The notes beneath the pieces were generated by a model. The model did no database searches, was not told where the DNA came from, and worked only from the letters and a program-made list of their open reading frames with translations. A DNA stretch of 64,000 bases from Candidatus Bathyarchaeota archaeon (GTDB taxonomy: Archaea; Thermoproteota; Bathyarchaeia; Bathyarchaeales; Bathycorpusculaceae), in NCBI GenBank assembly GCA_963806535.1, contig CAWDYC010000007.1, positions 160,001-224,000 of the forward strand, in the 5' to 3' direction. The position numbers and the translations under genes are program-made. Positions 1 to 10,242 of this stretch are shown one piece after another; the stretch's first letter is position 1, and every line of letters begins with the position of its first letter.

Positions 1-676
1 AGCGCTGAGAAGTACTTAATAAAAGAATATGGTTATCAACAATAGTATAGTTTCCTCCTGCTTTGCAAACAAATCTCAATTCAAATAAACAGTTTTGGAA
101 CACTTTTTTCTCCAAGAATTCCCGCGCCTGATTTTCATCTTTGGGTAACTCAACAATTTGTTTTATTATCACTCCTCTTTCCATTGCACATTCAAGTGTG
201 GTCTCGTAATATTGCCAAAACTGAAGAAACCTTTTCCAAGTTTGCATAAGTTCAATCTGCGACTTGGCTTCTTCAAAATACTTTTGAACTCTGTTCAATG
301 TACGATTTTTGTTTAAGGTCATAAGAATTTCATGTTTAATTTCAAGACCCGATTTTTTTTGCGGAATACAATCGACGAGTGTCTTGATTTCTGTTTCAAG
401 TTTTGAGATTTCTTGCCGCCGCTGTTTTACCAATATTGGCGCTACTTCTTTCAAAGGAACCGCCATATACTCCCCGCTCTCAAGTTTTTTCTCAACAAAG
501 CCCATTTTCCCAAGTGATTGCAATATTTCATATAAATGGGTCCTGTGAATTTTTGAGATCCGTGAAATATGCGTTACTCTAGAAGGACCGCTAGAAATTA
601 GTGCCAGAAAAACTTTGGCCTGTGACAACGTCAGTCCTAAACTAGTTAGTATTTGCTCGTCAGTTTGATTAGCCAA
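1..676 (-). CDS. TrmB-family transcriptional regulator (3' end runs off the window)
   Basis: Hand translation from TTG at 676 gives LANQTDEQILTSLGLTLSQAKVFLALISSGPSRVTHISRISKIHRTHLYEILQSLGKMGFVEK, a typical TrmB wHTH. The frame is open to base 1. Not in the ORF track. Confidence 0.85.
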   Translation of the reverse strand, partial: MANQTDEQILTSLGLTLSQAKVFLALISSGPSRVTHISRISKIHRTHLYEILQSLGKMGFVEKKLESGEYMAVPLKEVAPILVKQRRQEISKLETEIKTLVDCIPQKKSGLEIKHEILMTLNKNRTLNRVQKYFEEAKSQIELMQTWKRFLQFWQYYETTLECAMERGVIIKQIVELPKDENQAREFLEKKVFQNCLFELRFVCKAGGNYTIVDNHILLLSTSQR

Positions 677-879
677 AGCAAAGCATCTTCTTATTCAAAC
701 TGCTGTTCAAAACTCATTTTTACGGCTTTCCCCAAATCTTTTCCAAATATAGCTTTTGCCCTGTTCGCTTGTGCGTGCCTTTTGCACGTTACATCATCTT
801 AAAAGCGCATCTATTCTTGACGTCTTCAAACTCTCATCGATTGAGAGCTCAAAAGCGACGTTAATACAGAGGCATCAGA

Positions 880-1827
880 TTGCCACTACCGTTCTATAGA
901 ACCCTAAAACAAATTAATCAGAAAGGCTTCGTCGGGACAGCTTCCATGGTCCTTGCGTTATCGTTGAGGAGTATCATTAAGCATCTAAATGCAGTTCCTG
1001 AAAAAACCATTGTGGAAGTTAATAAGTCCAAAATGCTTCTCCTTCCAAAAAAACGCGGCATACATTATGAACTATTTTTCTACAAAAAAAGAGAGCCTAT
1101 TTGCACCGATTATCTAATGCACTCAGGTGCCCTCAAAGAAGGAAGCGTTGTCTTGGACATTGGAGCCAATATTGGTTATTACGTATTGATTGAATCCCAG
1201 CTCATAGGAGAAGGCGGAAAAATCTATGCTGTTGAGCCTGTTCACAGCAATTTTGAATTACTTAATGAAAACTTGCAACTTAATAATTTGCACAATGTTA
1301 GTACGTTCAACTTTGCTTTTGGCGAAAAAACTACAAAATCGAAAATTTACATTTCTGATAAGTCTAATTTGTGCTCTATGAATAGACAAGGGGCAGGCGG
1401 CAGAATCGTCGGTGCTGAGAAAGTTGAAGTTTTTACTGTTGATGATTTCTTGAAAGATAAGGTTGCTCCAAACTTTATTCGCATGGATGTGGAAGGCTAT
1501 GAATATGAAATAATCAAGGGGATGCCAAAGACCCTTAGCGGCAACATAAAAATGCTTATAGAACTGCATCCTTGGCCTCCTTTCCTTGATTCTGCCAAAA
1601 TGAGCGAAATACTTGATATTCTAGAGCAAAATCAATTTACAGTAAAATTTGCAGTTTTCGAAGATAAGGTTGAAGAAAACGAAGTCGTTAAGCTTCTCCT
1701 CAAGAAAGCTGGAAGTAAGCTGCCTCTCATTGCCTCGAACATATCCATTCAGGATCTAAGAAAATTACTTGCGGACAACATAAGATTAGCAAGCCCAAAT
1801 GTGCTATTTGTAAAAAAGGCGTCTTGA
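880..1827 (+). CDS. FkbM-family SAM methyltransferase
   Basis: VLDIGANIGYY, AVEP and FIRMDVEGYE motifs. Confidence 0.9.
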   Translation: MPLPFYRTLKQINQKGFVGTASMVLALSLRSIIKHLNAVPEKTIVEVNKSKMLLLPKKRGIHYELFFYKKREPICTDYLMHSGALKEGSVVLDIGANIGYYVLIESQLIGEGGKIYAVEPVHSNFELLNENLQLNNLHNVSTFNFAFGEKTTKSKIYISDKSNLCSMNRQGAGGRIVGAEKVEVFTVDDFLKDKVAPNFIRMDVEGYEYEIIKGMPKTLSGNIKMLIELHPWPPFLDSAKMSEILDILEQNQFTVKFAVFEDKVEENEVVKLLLKKAGSKLPLIASNISIQDLRKLLADNIRLASPNVLFVKKAS

Positions 1828-1993
1828 CTTTTCAAAATACTTTTGTATCGTTCTTACATTTTCCAGATAATTAGATTATCAAAGATACTCTAGCTTCAAT
1901 ATTGAAACGATTGTTTATTGTAATTATAACTTCTTACTACACATGGATTAATCATTAACTATTGGCAGAAAATTAATATCGGACGCTTGAGCC

Positions 1994-2236
1994 ATGGTTT
2001 TAGGAAATGTTGGTGTATTAAAATTGAGTTTTGGACCAAAAGTCTTTAGCGGTGTTCAAGAAATGTTGGTCTTAGCGCTAATGCTTGTTTCTGTTTTTGC
2101 GATTTTCTATGTTAACATAGACGTCACATACAAGATAGGCATGATAGTCATAGTGTTCGCAGTAGTCTTCCTGACTACATTAGCCACCCAAATGCTAAAG
2201 CAGCAAGCGGAAATCAAGAAAGCTGCTGCAGCGTAA
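1994..2236 (+). CDS. small two-TM membrane protein
   Basis: Two hydrophobic stretches; start codon uncertain. Confidence 0.6.
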   Translation: MVLGNVGVLKLSFGPKVFSGVQEMLVLALMLVSVFAIFYVNIDVTYKIGMIVIVFAVVFLTTLATQMLKQQAEIKKAAAA

Positions 2237-2296
2237 AACCGTTCTTTTCACTTTCACTGCACCCTCCCCTGTTCGCCTATGTCGTTTCAGCGCTGC

Positions 2297-2338
2297 TTTA
2301 AATAGCGTCAAAATCGCATTTTGCATTGTTCATGAACA
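2297..2338 (+). promoter_or_regulatory. TATA box plus 12-bp palindrome near the predicted transcription start of the RadA-like operon
   Basis: TTTAAATA at 2297-2304; perfect palindrome TGTTCATGAACA at 2327-2338; ATG at 2353. Confidence 0.45.
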
Positions 2339-2352
2339 GGGAGAATAAGAGA

Positions 2353-3072
2353 ATGTCTCAAAATTTAATTGTTAAACCTACAATGGCTCAACCATTATTT
2401 TCATTAAACATGCCAGACGTAGACGAGCTTTTCCCCGGTTTTACACCAGGCGACTTCGCAGTCCTTTATGGGTCACCATCGGTTATCTCATTAACTTCTT
2501 TACTCTGCGTCCGAGCTCAATTGCCAGCACAGCTTGGCGGCTTAGGAAGCAACGTTGTCTTTATCGACGGCGGAAACACATTTAAACTCTACAAAATTGC
2601 CCGTTTAGCCCAACTGCATCATCTTAATCCAAGACAAGCGCTTGAACGAATCTTTATTTCAAGAGCATTCACAGCTTACCAGTTAACTTCGCTCATACTT
2701 GATAAACTGGAAGAAACCGTACAAAAATATAATGCGAAACTTGTAGTCATTTCAGACATAGCAGGATTCTTCTTAGACGATGATATTCCCAATGAAGAAG
2801 CCCAAAAAGTCTACAGCCAAATAATCAATTACCTCTCAAGTTTCGCAAAAAAACACCAGATTATCTTAATCGCAACTTATCTTCCAGACTCTGAAAATGG
2901 AAGAAACAGTTTACTCCAAGAAGTAACCTGCTCAAAAGCAAAAACAGTACTGTACTTCAGCAAAACCACTTACACGCGAGAAATAACCTTAGAGAAACAT
3001 CCATCCTTTGTTTTAGGCACCGCAGAACTTCCCTCAGAAAATTTGAAACTAACCGACTTCATGGGCGCTTAA
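2353..3072 (+). CDS. inactivated RadA/Rad51-like protein (PolB2-operon type)
   Basis: RecA-fold motifs VFIDGGNTF, ISRAFTAYQL and LVVISDI; Walker A degenerate (LYGSPSVISLT, no GKT). Confidence 0.8.
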   Translation: MSQNLIVKPTMAQPLFSLNMPDVDELFPGFTPGDFAVLYGSPSVISLTSLLCVRAQLPAQLGGLGSNVVFIDGGNTFKLYKIARLAQLHHLNPRQALERIFISRAFTAYQLTSLILDKLEETVQKYNAKLVVISDIAGFFLDDDIPNEEAQKVYSQIINYLSSFAKKHQIILIATYLPDSENGRNSLLQEVTCSKAKTVLYFSKTTYTREITLEKHPSFVLGTAELPSENLKLTDFMGA

Positions 3073-3073
3073 C

Positions 3074-3343
3074 GTGGGAAAAACAGTTGAATCCTACCGC
3101 TTGGCAATAGAAGATGAAATACGTCGCTGGGACGGTTTCGCAAAAACACTCCGAAAAGAAGACAGAGAAGCCTTCAACATACTAATAAATGCATGCAGAA
3201 ATTATGCATCAGCTGGAAGCAATGCAACTCAACCTTTACCTCTTGAACCAATGATAATTTCAATGCTTGTCTCACAGCAGGTCCGCTTGCAGAGGCAACA
3301 GAAGGAAATAGATGATCTCAAGCAAAATCAACACATTGGCTAA
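3074..3343 (+). CDS. small helical protein of the PolB2-associated (PPB2/arCOG07300-like) type
   Basis: MGKTVESYRLAIEDEIRRWDGFAKTLRKEDREAF signature; starts 1 nt after the RadA-like stop. Confidence 0.7.
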   Translation: MGKTVESYRLAIEDEIRRWDGFAKTLRKEDREAFNILINACRNYASAGSNATQPLPLEPMIISMLVSQQVRLQRQQKEIDDLKQNQHIG

Positions 3344-3405
3344 TTGTGTTAGAAGATGGCTCCTTTACGTTTACTTTCTGAGATTAAAAAATGAAGAGTT
3401 TGAGA

Positions 3406-4188
3406 CTAAAACTCTTCAAGAAGCTTATCAAAAAGCATCTTACATTTACTAATTTCTTCCATAGATGTGTTATGTGCAAGCTCTAATGTAATCGGACCAT
3501 CGTAACCACATTCATGTAGTCGAGTTAGGAATGCGATTAGGTCATGTTTTGCCTTAGTGAAAGGCTTATGGGCCTTATCAGCCATGTGAACGTTACAAAC
3601 TCGCTTGCCATACTTGTCCAAAAGATTGTCAACCTGCCTTGTTTCCAACGCATGGCAAAGATCAAAGGTTATCCCCATGCGACCATCGTCAATCACACCC
3701 AAAACTTCTTCCAGCAACTCAACGTTTTTGCCAAAACCCGTTGAAGTATAGGACAAATTCTCCAAAGCCAACTTGATGCCCAAGCTTTTCGCAAATGGCT
3801 TGATTTCTTTATTAAAAATTTCATCCAAACACTTTTCACGAGCAACCGGAGACAGCTTTTTCGCAATATTCGAGTGCACAGTCATTAGAGGCGCTCCCAA
3901 TGCATTGGCGCATTCAAGAGATATTTTGCCGTAATAAACAGCTTGGTGAACCTCGATTGGATCTTTTACATGTAGGCTAGCTGAGTGAAGTGTTAGACAC
4001 TTAAGCCCAGAAGCCTGCAGTGCTTTTTGTTCACGATAAACATCGGTGTCACGTTCTTTCTTGATGGATTTCATGTTGAACTCAATGTTTTCAAAGCCAA
4101 GATGTTTAACCATGGCAAAATTTTCTTTTATACCGAGCTTGCTGAAAATTCCGTTAGACAAACTTAACTTCATACATCTGGCCTTCAA
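3406..4188 (-). CDS. sugar phosphate isomerase/epimerase (AP endonuclease 2 TIM barrel)
   Basis: LALEN, ITFDLCHA, NVHMAD and GYDGPITLE metal-binding motifs. Confidence 0.85.
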   Translation of the reverse strand: MKARCMKLSLSNGIFSKLGIKENFAMVKHLGFENIEFNMKSIKKERDTDVYREQKALQASGLKCLTLHSASLHVKDPIEVHQAVYYGKISLECANALGAPLMTVHSNIAKKLSPVAREKCLDEIFNKEIKPFAKSLGIKLALENLSYTSTGFGKNVELLEEVLGVIDDGRMGITFDLCHALETRQVDNLLDKYGKRVCNVHMADKAHKPFTKAKHDLIAFLTRLHECGYDGPITLELAHNTSMEEISKCKMLFDKLLEEF

Positions 4189-4236
4189 ATTTTTAGTATT
4201 AATATTTTAAATTACTCTGCGAGATAAACGCGACGG

Positions 4237-4686
4237 TTACCGCGTTTTCTCTAAGAAAACTAAATTCACGTTAGCCGCTGGCTTCTCGACTTTAAACTTT
4301 GTGTAGCCAAGCTTTTCATACAAACGAATATTCTTAATGCTTTTTTCACCTGTAAAAAGCTCAAATCTGCTACATGAAAACAACCGTTCTATTTCCATCA
4401 GAAGCTTGGTTGCGATGCCTCGATTCTGGAAATCGGGATGAACCATTAGCCTGCCAATATGACACGTATTGTCTTTTTGTGATATTCTCACTGAGCCGAT
4501 GATTTTTCCTTCAGCAATTACCTTCAAAAAAACATGCGTCTTAAACTTGGCTTTCAATTCTTCTAGGGTTTCAACTAAGGGAGGAATCTGAAAATCACCA
4601 TGTATTTTTGCCTCGCTTTTATAAGCAAGCTTTTGAAGTAACAGAATTTCTTCAGCATCGTTGATTTTTGCTGTTTCGATATTCAT
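4237..4686 (-). CDS. GNAT N-acetyltransferase
   Basis: LMVHPDFQNRGIATKLL and NIRLYEKLGY. Confidence 0.9.
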   Translation of the reverse strand: MNIETAKINDAEEILLLQKLAYKSEAKIHGDFQIPPLVETLEELKAKFKTHVFLKVIAEGKIIGSVRISQKDNTCHIGRLMVHPDFQNRGIATKLLMEIERLFSCSRFELFTGEKSIKNIRLYEKLGYTKFKVEKPAANVNLVFLEKTR

Positions 4687-4729
4687 TTACTTCCACTTGC
4701 TTGTTAAGCAGCCGAGAAAGGTAAAAGGT

Positions 4730-4837
4730 TTAGCTTTCTTCTTGCTCTCGGATTTTCTTGATATGTGCATCGTGTTGTGGGCTGCTTGCTTCATCCATGG
4801 CAGGTCTAAATTGTTTCTTAGTTTTTCTTTGAGTCAT
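4730..4837 (-). CDS. putative 35-aa small protein
   Basis: Hand translation MTQRKTKKQFRPAMDEASSPQHDAHIKKIREQEES*; fills the gap upstream of the GNAT gene. Confidence 0.35.
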   Translation of the reverse strand: MTQRKTKKQFRPAMDEASSPQHDAHIKKIREQEES

Positions 4838-4952
4838 AAGTAAGGTTGAGTATTTTGCAGGGAATTAATCTTTTGTTGAATCCAACTGTTTCTTCATTCC
4901 GTTGCAAAATGTTAATCTCTACAAACACAAATTACTCTGCTTGAGTGAGACA

Positions 4953-5243
4953 ATGCAAATAAAAGTCCGCTTTTTCACAAGCCTCAGAGAAATCGTGGAT
5001 AAAAGAGAAGAACTCCTAAATTTCAATGAAAACGAAGTTACCGTTGACTATGTTCTCAAAACCCTTACAGAAAAATATGGTAAACCATTCAAGGAATACG
5101 TCTACGATAGCAAAACAGCTCAGCCAAAGGCTTTTTTGCAGTTTCTCGTTAATGGAAACAGCACATCAACACTAAAAGGATTAGAAACCGAGCTTAAAGA
5201 GGGCGATGTATTGGCTATTTTGCCACCAGTAGGCGGCGGCTAA
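4953..5243 (+). CDS. MoaD/ThiS-family ubiquitin-like sulfur carrier (SAMP-like)
   Basis: Beta-grasp pattern; C-terminal LKEGDVLAILPPVGGG. Confidence 0.9.
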   Translation: MQIKVRFFTSLREIVDKREELLNFNENEVTVDYVLKTLTEKYGKPFKEYVYDSKTAQPKAFLQFLVNGNSTSTLKGLETELKEGDVLAILPPVGGG

Positions 5244-5266
5244 CTCTAGATACTGAATTCACTATT

Positions 5267-5365
5267 AAGAAGAAGGAGGATATGGTGCCCCTGCCAATTG
5301 TCCTTCTTCTTCTCTCAGAGAAAAACAACACCCAGTGCTAGCACCAACTGTTGTTGTTCTAAATT
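5267..5365. repeat. dispersed double-hairpin repeat, copy 1
   Basis: Hairpins AGAAGAAGGAGGA..TCCTTCTTCTTCT and AAACAACA..TGTTGTTGTTCT; the reverse complement aligns with 36966-37058. Confidence 0.75.
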
Positions 5366-5393
5366 GAGAAGACCTAAAACAAAAAATTGTTCC

Positions 5394-7181
5394 TTACATT
5401 ACGCCTGCCCAGAAAGGAATCTTCTTTCGCATCATCGTAATGTATTCTTTGAGCACTTCTTGTTCGTCAGCCGTTAAATCATCCGCATGAGCCTTCTGCA
5501 ACGCTTGCGCATCTTTCTCAGGCACCTTCACAAAAAGCACATCCCGCTCAAAAATATGTCTGCCCGCAATTGGCTTATCCATCGAAATGGCCACTTCCAT
5601 ACCGACTTTCGCTTCAGGCACTGCTTTTCCTTTATCCTGAATTTGGTCAATTTCGCCTAAGTCGCTGCCGTCTTCAGCTCGCATAAGTCCGTATTTTGGT
5701 TTTAGTCTGCCACCCATTATTTCCACGCCGACAACCAGAGGCTTCGCCCTATGGAAAATACAGTTTGGCAAAACCCTAACTTTTCCTGGCTTAACAAGAG
5801 CTTCAAACTCCTCTTCACTCTTTGATTCACGCTTGTTTTTAGCCCATTGAATGTAGGCGTCTATGAGATTGTAAATTATTGGTTGGTTAAAAATTGGGAT
5901 GTTGTTGGCTGTGGCTTCTTCTTGTGCATCAGGCAAAGTTTTAACTCCGAATGCTAAGATTGCGCCAACCAATGGTTCACGCGTCTTAACCACTGAAGCC
6001 TCTATAACGTCGCGTTTGCTAATGTCGCCGACATCTGCAATTCGCACTTGCACGTTGTTTGCTTTCAAAATTTCAGCCATTGCCTCAAGCGAGCCAAGCG
6101 TATCAGCTTTAACTATAACGCCCTCAATCTCTTTTTTAATTCTGATTCTGCCTATTTCTTCAGTGATAAGCTTGCAATACTTTGCAGGATCTTCGCCGGT
6201 AGGCACAGAAAAAAGTGGCGCTCCAGCTAAAGCACCTTCCAAATCAGGGGCAACTATCTTAACACCCGCACTGGCAAAGACACATTCAACTGAAGTGAAC
6301 TTGTCCCGTGGATCCCGCATTTCATCCAAAGGTTTAGGTACTAAAATGGCACGTACACGAGCTGAAATTGGCCCATTTTTGCCGCCCACGACGATCAAAT
6401 CGTCTTTATGCAATGTACCGTCATAAACAATTGCGTTTAATGTTAAGCCTAAACCTGGTTCTTCTTTTACTTCCAGCACTGAGCCTTTAGCTGCACCTTC
6501 GGTTGTCTGCAGTCGTTTTGTGAGAAACTGTTGAGTTAACCCAACTAAAACCATAACTAGCTCAGATAAGCCCTCTCCAGTTTTGGCACTAGTTGGTACT
6601 AAAGCTATGTTCTGTGTGAAATCTCGAATGTGGTCAAAGCGATCAGTTTTAAATTGTAAACGGGAAAACTCGCCCATAACAACGTATAAACGGTTATCCA
6701 ACGCCTCACGAACAAAGCTAGATTGGGAAGCATAAGACTTTAAAAACGGCGCTCCCTGCTCAGCAACCCATCCGGGAATTCGATCTATCTTGTTAACAGC
6801 AACGATAAATGGGGTCTTGCGAGCTTTTAAAATTTCTATGCATTCATAAGTTTGAGCTTCAAAACCCTTCAAAACATCAACGACGAGAATTGCTATGTCG
6901 GCTACGCTTCCGCCTCTACGCCGAAGATTGGTAAATGCTTCGTGTCCAGGCGTGTCAACAATTAGTAAGCCAGGGATTTCTATGCCGGTCTTAAAGTTGC
7001 CCATGTATGGTCCGATTAACTGCTTGAGTGTTTCAACTGGGAAGAAGCTGGCGCCAATGTGCTGGGTCATGCCTCCTGCTTCACGCGCTTGCACACTCGT
7101 TTTTCTTAGTTCATCAAGAACGGATGTTTTTCCCGCATCTACGTGACCTAGGACGCATACTATTGGTTGACGAGTGGGCAT
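5394..7181 (-). CDS. infB: translation initiation factor aIF5B/IF-2
   Basis: RQPIVCVLGHVDAGKT, DTPGHEAFTNLRRRGG and NKID. Confidence 0.97.
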   Translation of the reverse strand: MPTRQPIVCVLGHVDAGKTSVLDELRKTSVQAREAGGMTQHIGASFFPVETLKQLIGPYMGNFKTGIEIPGLLIVDTPGHEAFTNLRRRGGSVADIAILVVDVLKGFEAQTYECIEILKARKTPFIVAVNKIDRIPGWVAEQGAPFLKSYASQSSFVREALDNRLYVVMGEFSRLQFKTDRFDHIRDFTQNIALVPTSAKTGEGLSELVMVLVGLTQQFLTKRLQTTEGAAKGSVLEVKEEPGLGLTLNAIVYDGTLHKDDLIVVGGKNGPISARVRAILVPKPLDEMRDPRDKFTSVECVFASAGVKIVAPDLEGALAGAPLFSVPTGEDPAKYCKLITEEIGRIRIKKEIEGVIVKADTLGSLEAMAEILKANNVQVRIADVGDISKRDVIEASVVKTREPLVGAILAFGVKTLPDAQEEATANNIPIFNQPIIYNLIDAYIQWAKNKRESKSEEEFEALVKPGKVRVLPNCIFHRAKPLVVGVEIMGGRLKPKYGLMRAEDGSDLGEIDQIQDKGKAVPEAKVGMEVAISMDKPIAGRHIFERDVLFVKVPEKDAQALQKAHADDLTADEQEVLKEYITMMRKKIPFWAGVM

Positions 7182-7283
7182 ATTTTATTTCACTTCCGAT
7201 AAATATTCAATGTGACTAAATGATTTTTTGGTTAATAAATGATGATGGAAGCATTTTTATTATTAGATCATGTTCTGGGTTAA

Positions 7284-7613
7284 TTGGTGGAAAAGTTGGT
7301 TTATTGCACAAAATGTGGTTCGCCTTTGAAGGATGATGATTTGTTTTGCCTCAACTGTGGTGCGCGAGTCGCCAAGATAACTACCGACGAATTTACCGTT
7401 TCTAGTGGAGATTTAGTTGACCGTGTCAAAGAGCTGCTTCATGAGGGAAATGTTACACGGGTCCTTGTTAAAAATGAAACAGGCAAGACATTGCTTGAGA
7501 TTCCTGCGACCGTAGGCGTTGTAGGTGTAGTGTTAGCCCCTTGGTTAGCGGCTTTAGGTGTTATTGCTGCCTTAGTCACTAACTGCCGCATTGTTGTTGA
7601 AAGAAGAGAGTAA
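7284..7613 (+). CDS. zinc-ribbon plus DUF4342-like protein
   Basis: CxxC..CxxC N-terminus; VKELLHEGNVTRV..LEIPATVGVVG..APWLAALG. Confidence 0.75.
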   Translation: MVEKLVYCTKCGSPLKDDDLFCLNCGARVAKITTDEFTVSSGDLVDRVKELLHEGNVTRVLVKNETGKTLLEIPATVGVVGVVLAPWLAALGVIAALVTNCRIVVERRE

Positions 7614-7615
7614 GT

Positions 7616-7816
7616 TTATTCAGGCGGCTTAACAAGAAGCAAAAACAAACCAATAATCAGCATAATTAAGCTTATTACACCGAAGAATACGGTGAATGCG
7701 CCTAGCCCGCTTGTTGTTGCTGTGAAGTAAAGCATTACTGCGCCAATTACAATTAGTAGTACTCCAAAGAATTTTTCGGCAAGCGAGACCCAGAATGTGT
7801 CGCCTTCGTCACTCAT
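7616..7816 (-). CDS. small two-TM membrane protein
   Basis: Likely start MSDEGDT; two TM helices. Confidence 0.65.
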   Translation of the reverse strand: MSDEGDTFWVSLAEKFFGVLLIVIGAVMLYFTATTSGLGAFTVFFGVISLIMLIIGLFLLLVKPPE

Positions 7817-8081
7817 TGTTTTCGCCCTTCTCTCCTTGTTATTGGCTACAATAAACATGATGGGTTATTTTAAATTATTTGTTGTAAACAAGAATCTATT
7901 CAGACTAAATGCGGATTACGCTGCTTGCTTGCGATTTCTGAAATTTGTTTGTTTCAGAGATTGTTTCATCCTAATACAAAGCAAGTTTTCAAAAATAATC
8001 TACAGGTGACTTATGAAATAAACTACGAAAGGATTCTAACTAAAAATAAAAAATTAAAAAGAAAAATTAAAAAGGGAAAGT

Positions 8082-9734
8082 TTATTCTTCGCCCATTCCG
8101 CCCGGCATTCCGCCGCCTGGGCCACCTGGACCGCCTTTTGGAGCTTTGCTTGTGATTACGTCATCTATGCGTAGTATCATTGCTGCTGATTCTGCTGCTG
8201 ATTTGATAGCTTGTTCTTTGACAACGATTGGTTCTATTACTCCGTTTGCGATGCTGTCTTGTAATTTGCCTGTGAAGACGTTGATTCCAAGGTTTTTGCC
8301 TTCAGCTGCGTCGTGTTTTGAGCGAAGTTCAACAAGGATGTCTATTGGCTCGAGTCCTGCGTTTTCTGCGAGTGTGCGTGGAATTACTTCTACTGCGTCC
8401 GCGAATGCTTCAACAGCTAATTGTTCTCTTCCGCCGACTTTTGTTGCGTACTTTCGCAGTTCTTTAGCTATTTCGACTTCTACTGCTCCGCCGCCTGGAA
8501 CGATTTTGTTGTTTTCAATTACATCTGAAACTACTGATAATGAATCGGTCATTGCTCTTTCTGCTTCGTCAACCATGCGTTCAAGTCCTGCTCGGATGAG
8601 TATGGCTACGCTGTGTGGGTCTTTGCATTTTTCGACGAAGATCATTTTGTCGTCGCCGATTTTGCGTTCTTCAACTAAGCCTGCAAAGCCAAGGTCTGCT
8701 GCTTTGAAATCATCTAAGTCGCTGCTTATTCTTGCGCCTGTTGCTCTTGCGAGTTTTTCCATGTCTGATTCTTTTACGCGTCGTGCTGCCATGATGCCTT
8801 CTTTGGCTAGAAAGTGCTGAACCATGTCGTCTATGCCTTTTTGGCAGAAAACTATGTTTGCGCCTGAGGCTTTGACTTTTGTAACCATTTTTTGCATCAT
8901 ATCGTTTTCTTGGTCTAGGAACGCTTTCATTTGTGATGGATCTTTAATGCGGATTTCAGCGGTAATTTCTGTTTTCTCTATTTCCAACGCTGAATCTAAA
9001 AGCGCAATTTTCGCGTTTTCCTTTTTCTTTGGCATTCCTGGATTAACGACTTCTTTGTCGATGATTATTCCTTGGATTAATTGGGTTTCAAGCAAACTTT
9101 TGCCTGTTTTCTTGATCATTTGAATGTTGTCTATATCAGCTATGGTTTTATCGCCGCGTTGTTCTGCGATTTGCATTACTGCATCTATGGATATTTCTGC
9201 TAGGTGCTCTCTTGCTGCGCCGACTGCTTTGCTGCTCATTGATGTTAATGCAACTTTAAGGAGTGTTTTGCGGTCCTTTATGTCAAGTGGAACTGCTAAT
9301 TTGTTTATGATTTCGATTGCTTTCTGTGATGCTTTGCGGTAGCCGCTGACTAGAATTATTGGGTGAATGTTTTGGTCTAGGAGTTCTTCAGCTTTTTTGA
9401 GAAGTTCACTTGCGAGAACTACTGCTGTTGTTGTTCCGTCGCCGACCATGTCGTCTTGTGTTTTTGCTATTTCAACCATCATTTTTGCTGCGGGGTGTTC
9501 AACGTCGATTTCTTTCAGGATCGCTGCGCCATCGTTTGTTATTGTTATGTCGCCTAGGCTGTCAATTAGCATTTTGTCCATGCCTTTTGGGCCTAAAGTT
9601 GTTTTTAGTACCTCGCCGATTACTCGTGCGGCCATAATGTTGTTTCTTTGGGCTTCTTTGCCTCTACTTCGAGTTGTTCCTTCTTTAAGAATCAAGACTG
9701 GCTGTCCTGAACCTGTTGTTGTTAAATACGCCAT
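8082..9734 (-). CDS. ths: thermosome (group II chaperonin) subunit
   Basis: [25 protein letters not shown] and a GGM-type tail. Confidence 0.97.
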   Translation of the reverse strand: MAYLTTTGSGQPVLILKEGTTRSRGKEAQRNNIMAARVIGEVLKTTLGPKGMDKMLIDSLGDITITNDGAAILKEIDVEHPAAKMMVEIAKTQDDMVGDGTTTAVVLASELLKKAEELLDQNIHPIILVSGYRKASQKAIEIINKLAVPLDIKDRKTLLKVALTSMSSKAVGAAREHLAEISIDAVMQIAEQRGDKTIADIDNIQMIKKTGKSLLETQLIQGIIIDKEVVNPGMPKKKENAKIALLDSALEIEKTEITAEIRIKDPSQMKAFLDQENDMMQKMVTKVKASGANIVFCQKGIDDMVQHFLAKEGIMAARRVKESDMEKLARATGARISSDLDDFKAADLGFAGLVEERKIGDDKMIFVEKCKDPHSVAILIRAGLERMVDEAERAMTDSLSVVSDVIENNKIVPGGGAVEVEIAKELRKYATKVGGREQLAVEAFADAVEVIPRTLAENAGLEPIDILVELRSKHDAAEGKNLGINVFTGKLQDSIANGVIEPIVVKEQAIKSAAESAAMILRIDDVITSKAPKGGPGGPGGGMPGGMGEE

Positions 9735-9848
9735 ATGTTATCACATTCTTTAATAGAACTTTATTTAATTCGGAAATAAGCAAAAAGTCTACGGAAATAT
9801 AAACTTTTACCTTTAAAATAGGCGGCTTATGTTATTTGTTTACGGTGT

Positions 9849-10115
9849 TTAAATCCAAGCTGTCTCAATTTCTTTTATTTGTCTAAACTTATCTATTTTG
9901 TCTGCGGTTTCAGGATCTGGGTAAGCACCTATCATATCCCAGATTGATTTTTTTGGTTTGAGGAGTATGCCCTCTTTTGTGTCGATTACTGCAAGCTTTG
10001 TTCCTTCTTCTATTTTGTATTTTTTGCGCAGTTTAACAGGAATAGTGGTTTGTCCTTTTTTGGTGACTACAACTTCAACTTCTTGGGCTTGATTCTGCGT
10101 AACTTCGATTTCCAA
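9849..10115 (-). CDS. AbrB/MazE/SpoVT-family DNA-binding protein
   Basis: VTKKGQTTIPVKLRKKYKIEEG. Confidence 0.85.
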   Translation of the reverse strand: MEIEVTQNQAQEVEVVVTKKGQTTIPVKLRKKYKIEEGTKLAVIDTKEGILLKPKKSIWDMIGAYPDPETADKIDKFRQIKEIETAWI

Positions 10116-10242
10116 CTTTTAACGCCGTATTACTTTTAGAGTGGTATTACCTTTAAGTATCGCGGAGAAACGCCTGATCTATCCTCAGGCAATTACAAAG
10201 GCTTTTTAGCTGAACACCATCCATGTTTAATTGTGACTGACC

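Noticed and set aside
5899-9753. Long antisense ORFs over infB and the thermosome (similarly over cdh, pur and the P-type ATPase)
   Set aside because: These are shadow ORFs of well-supported opposite-strand genes and have no motifs of their own.
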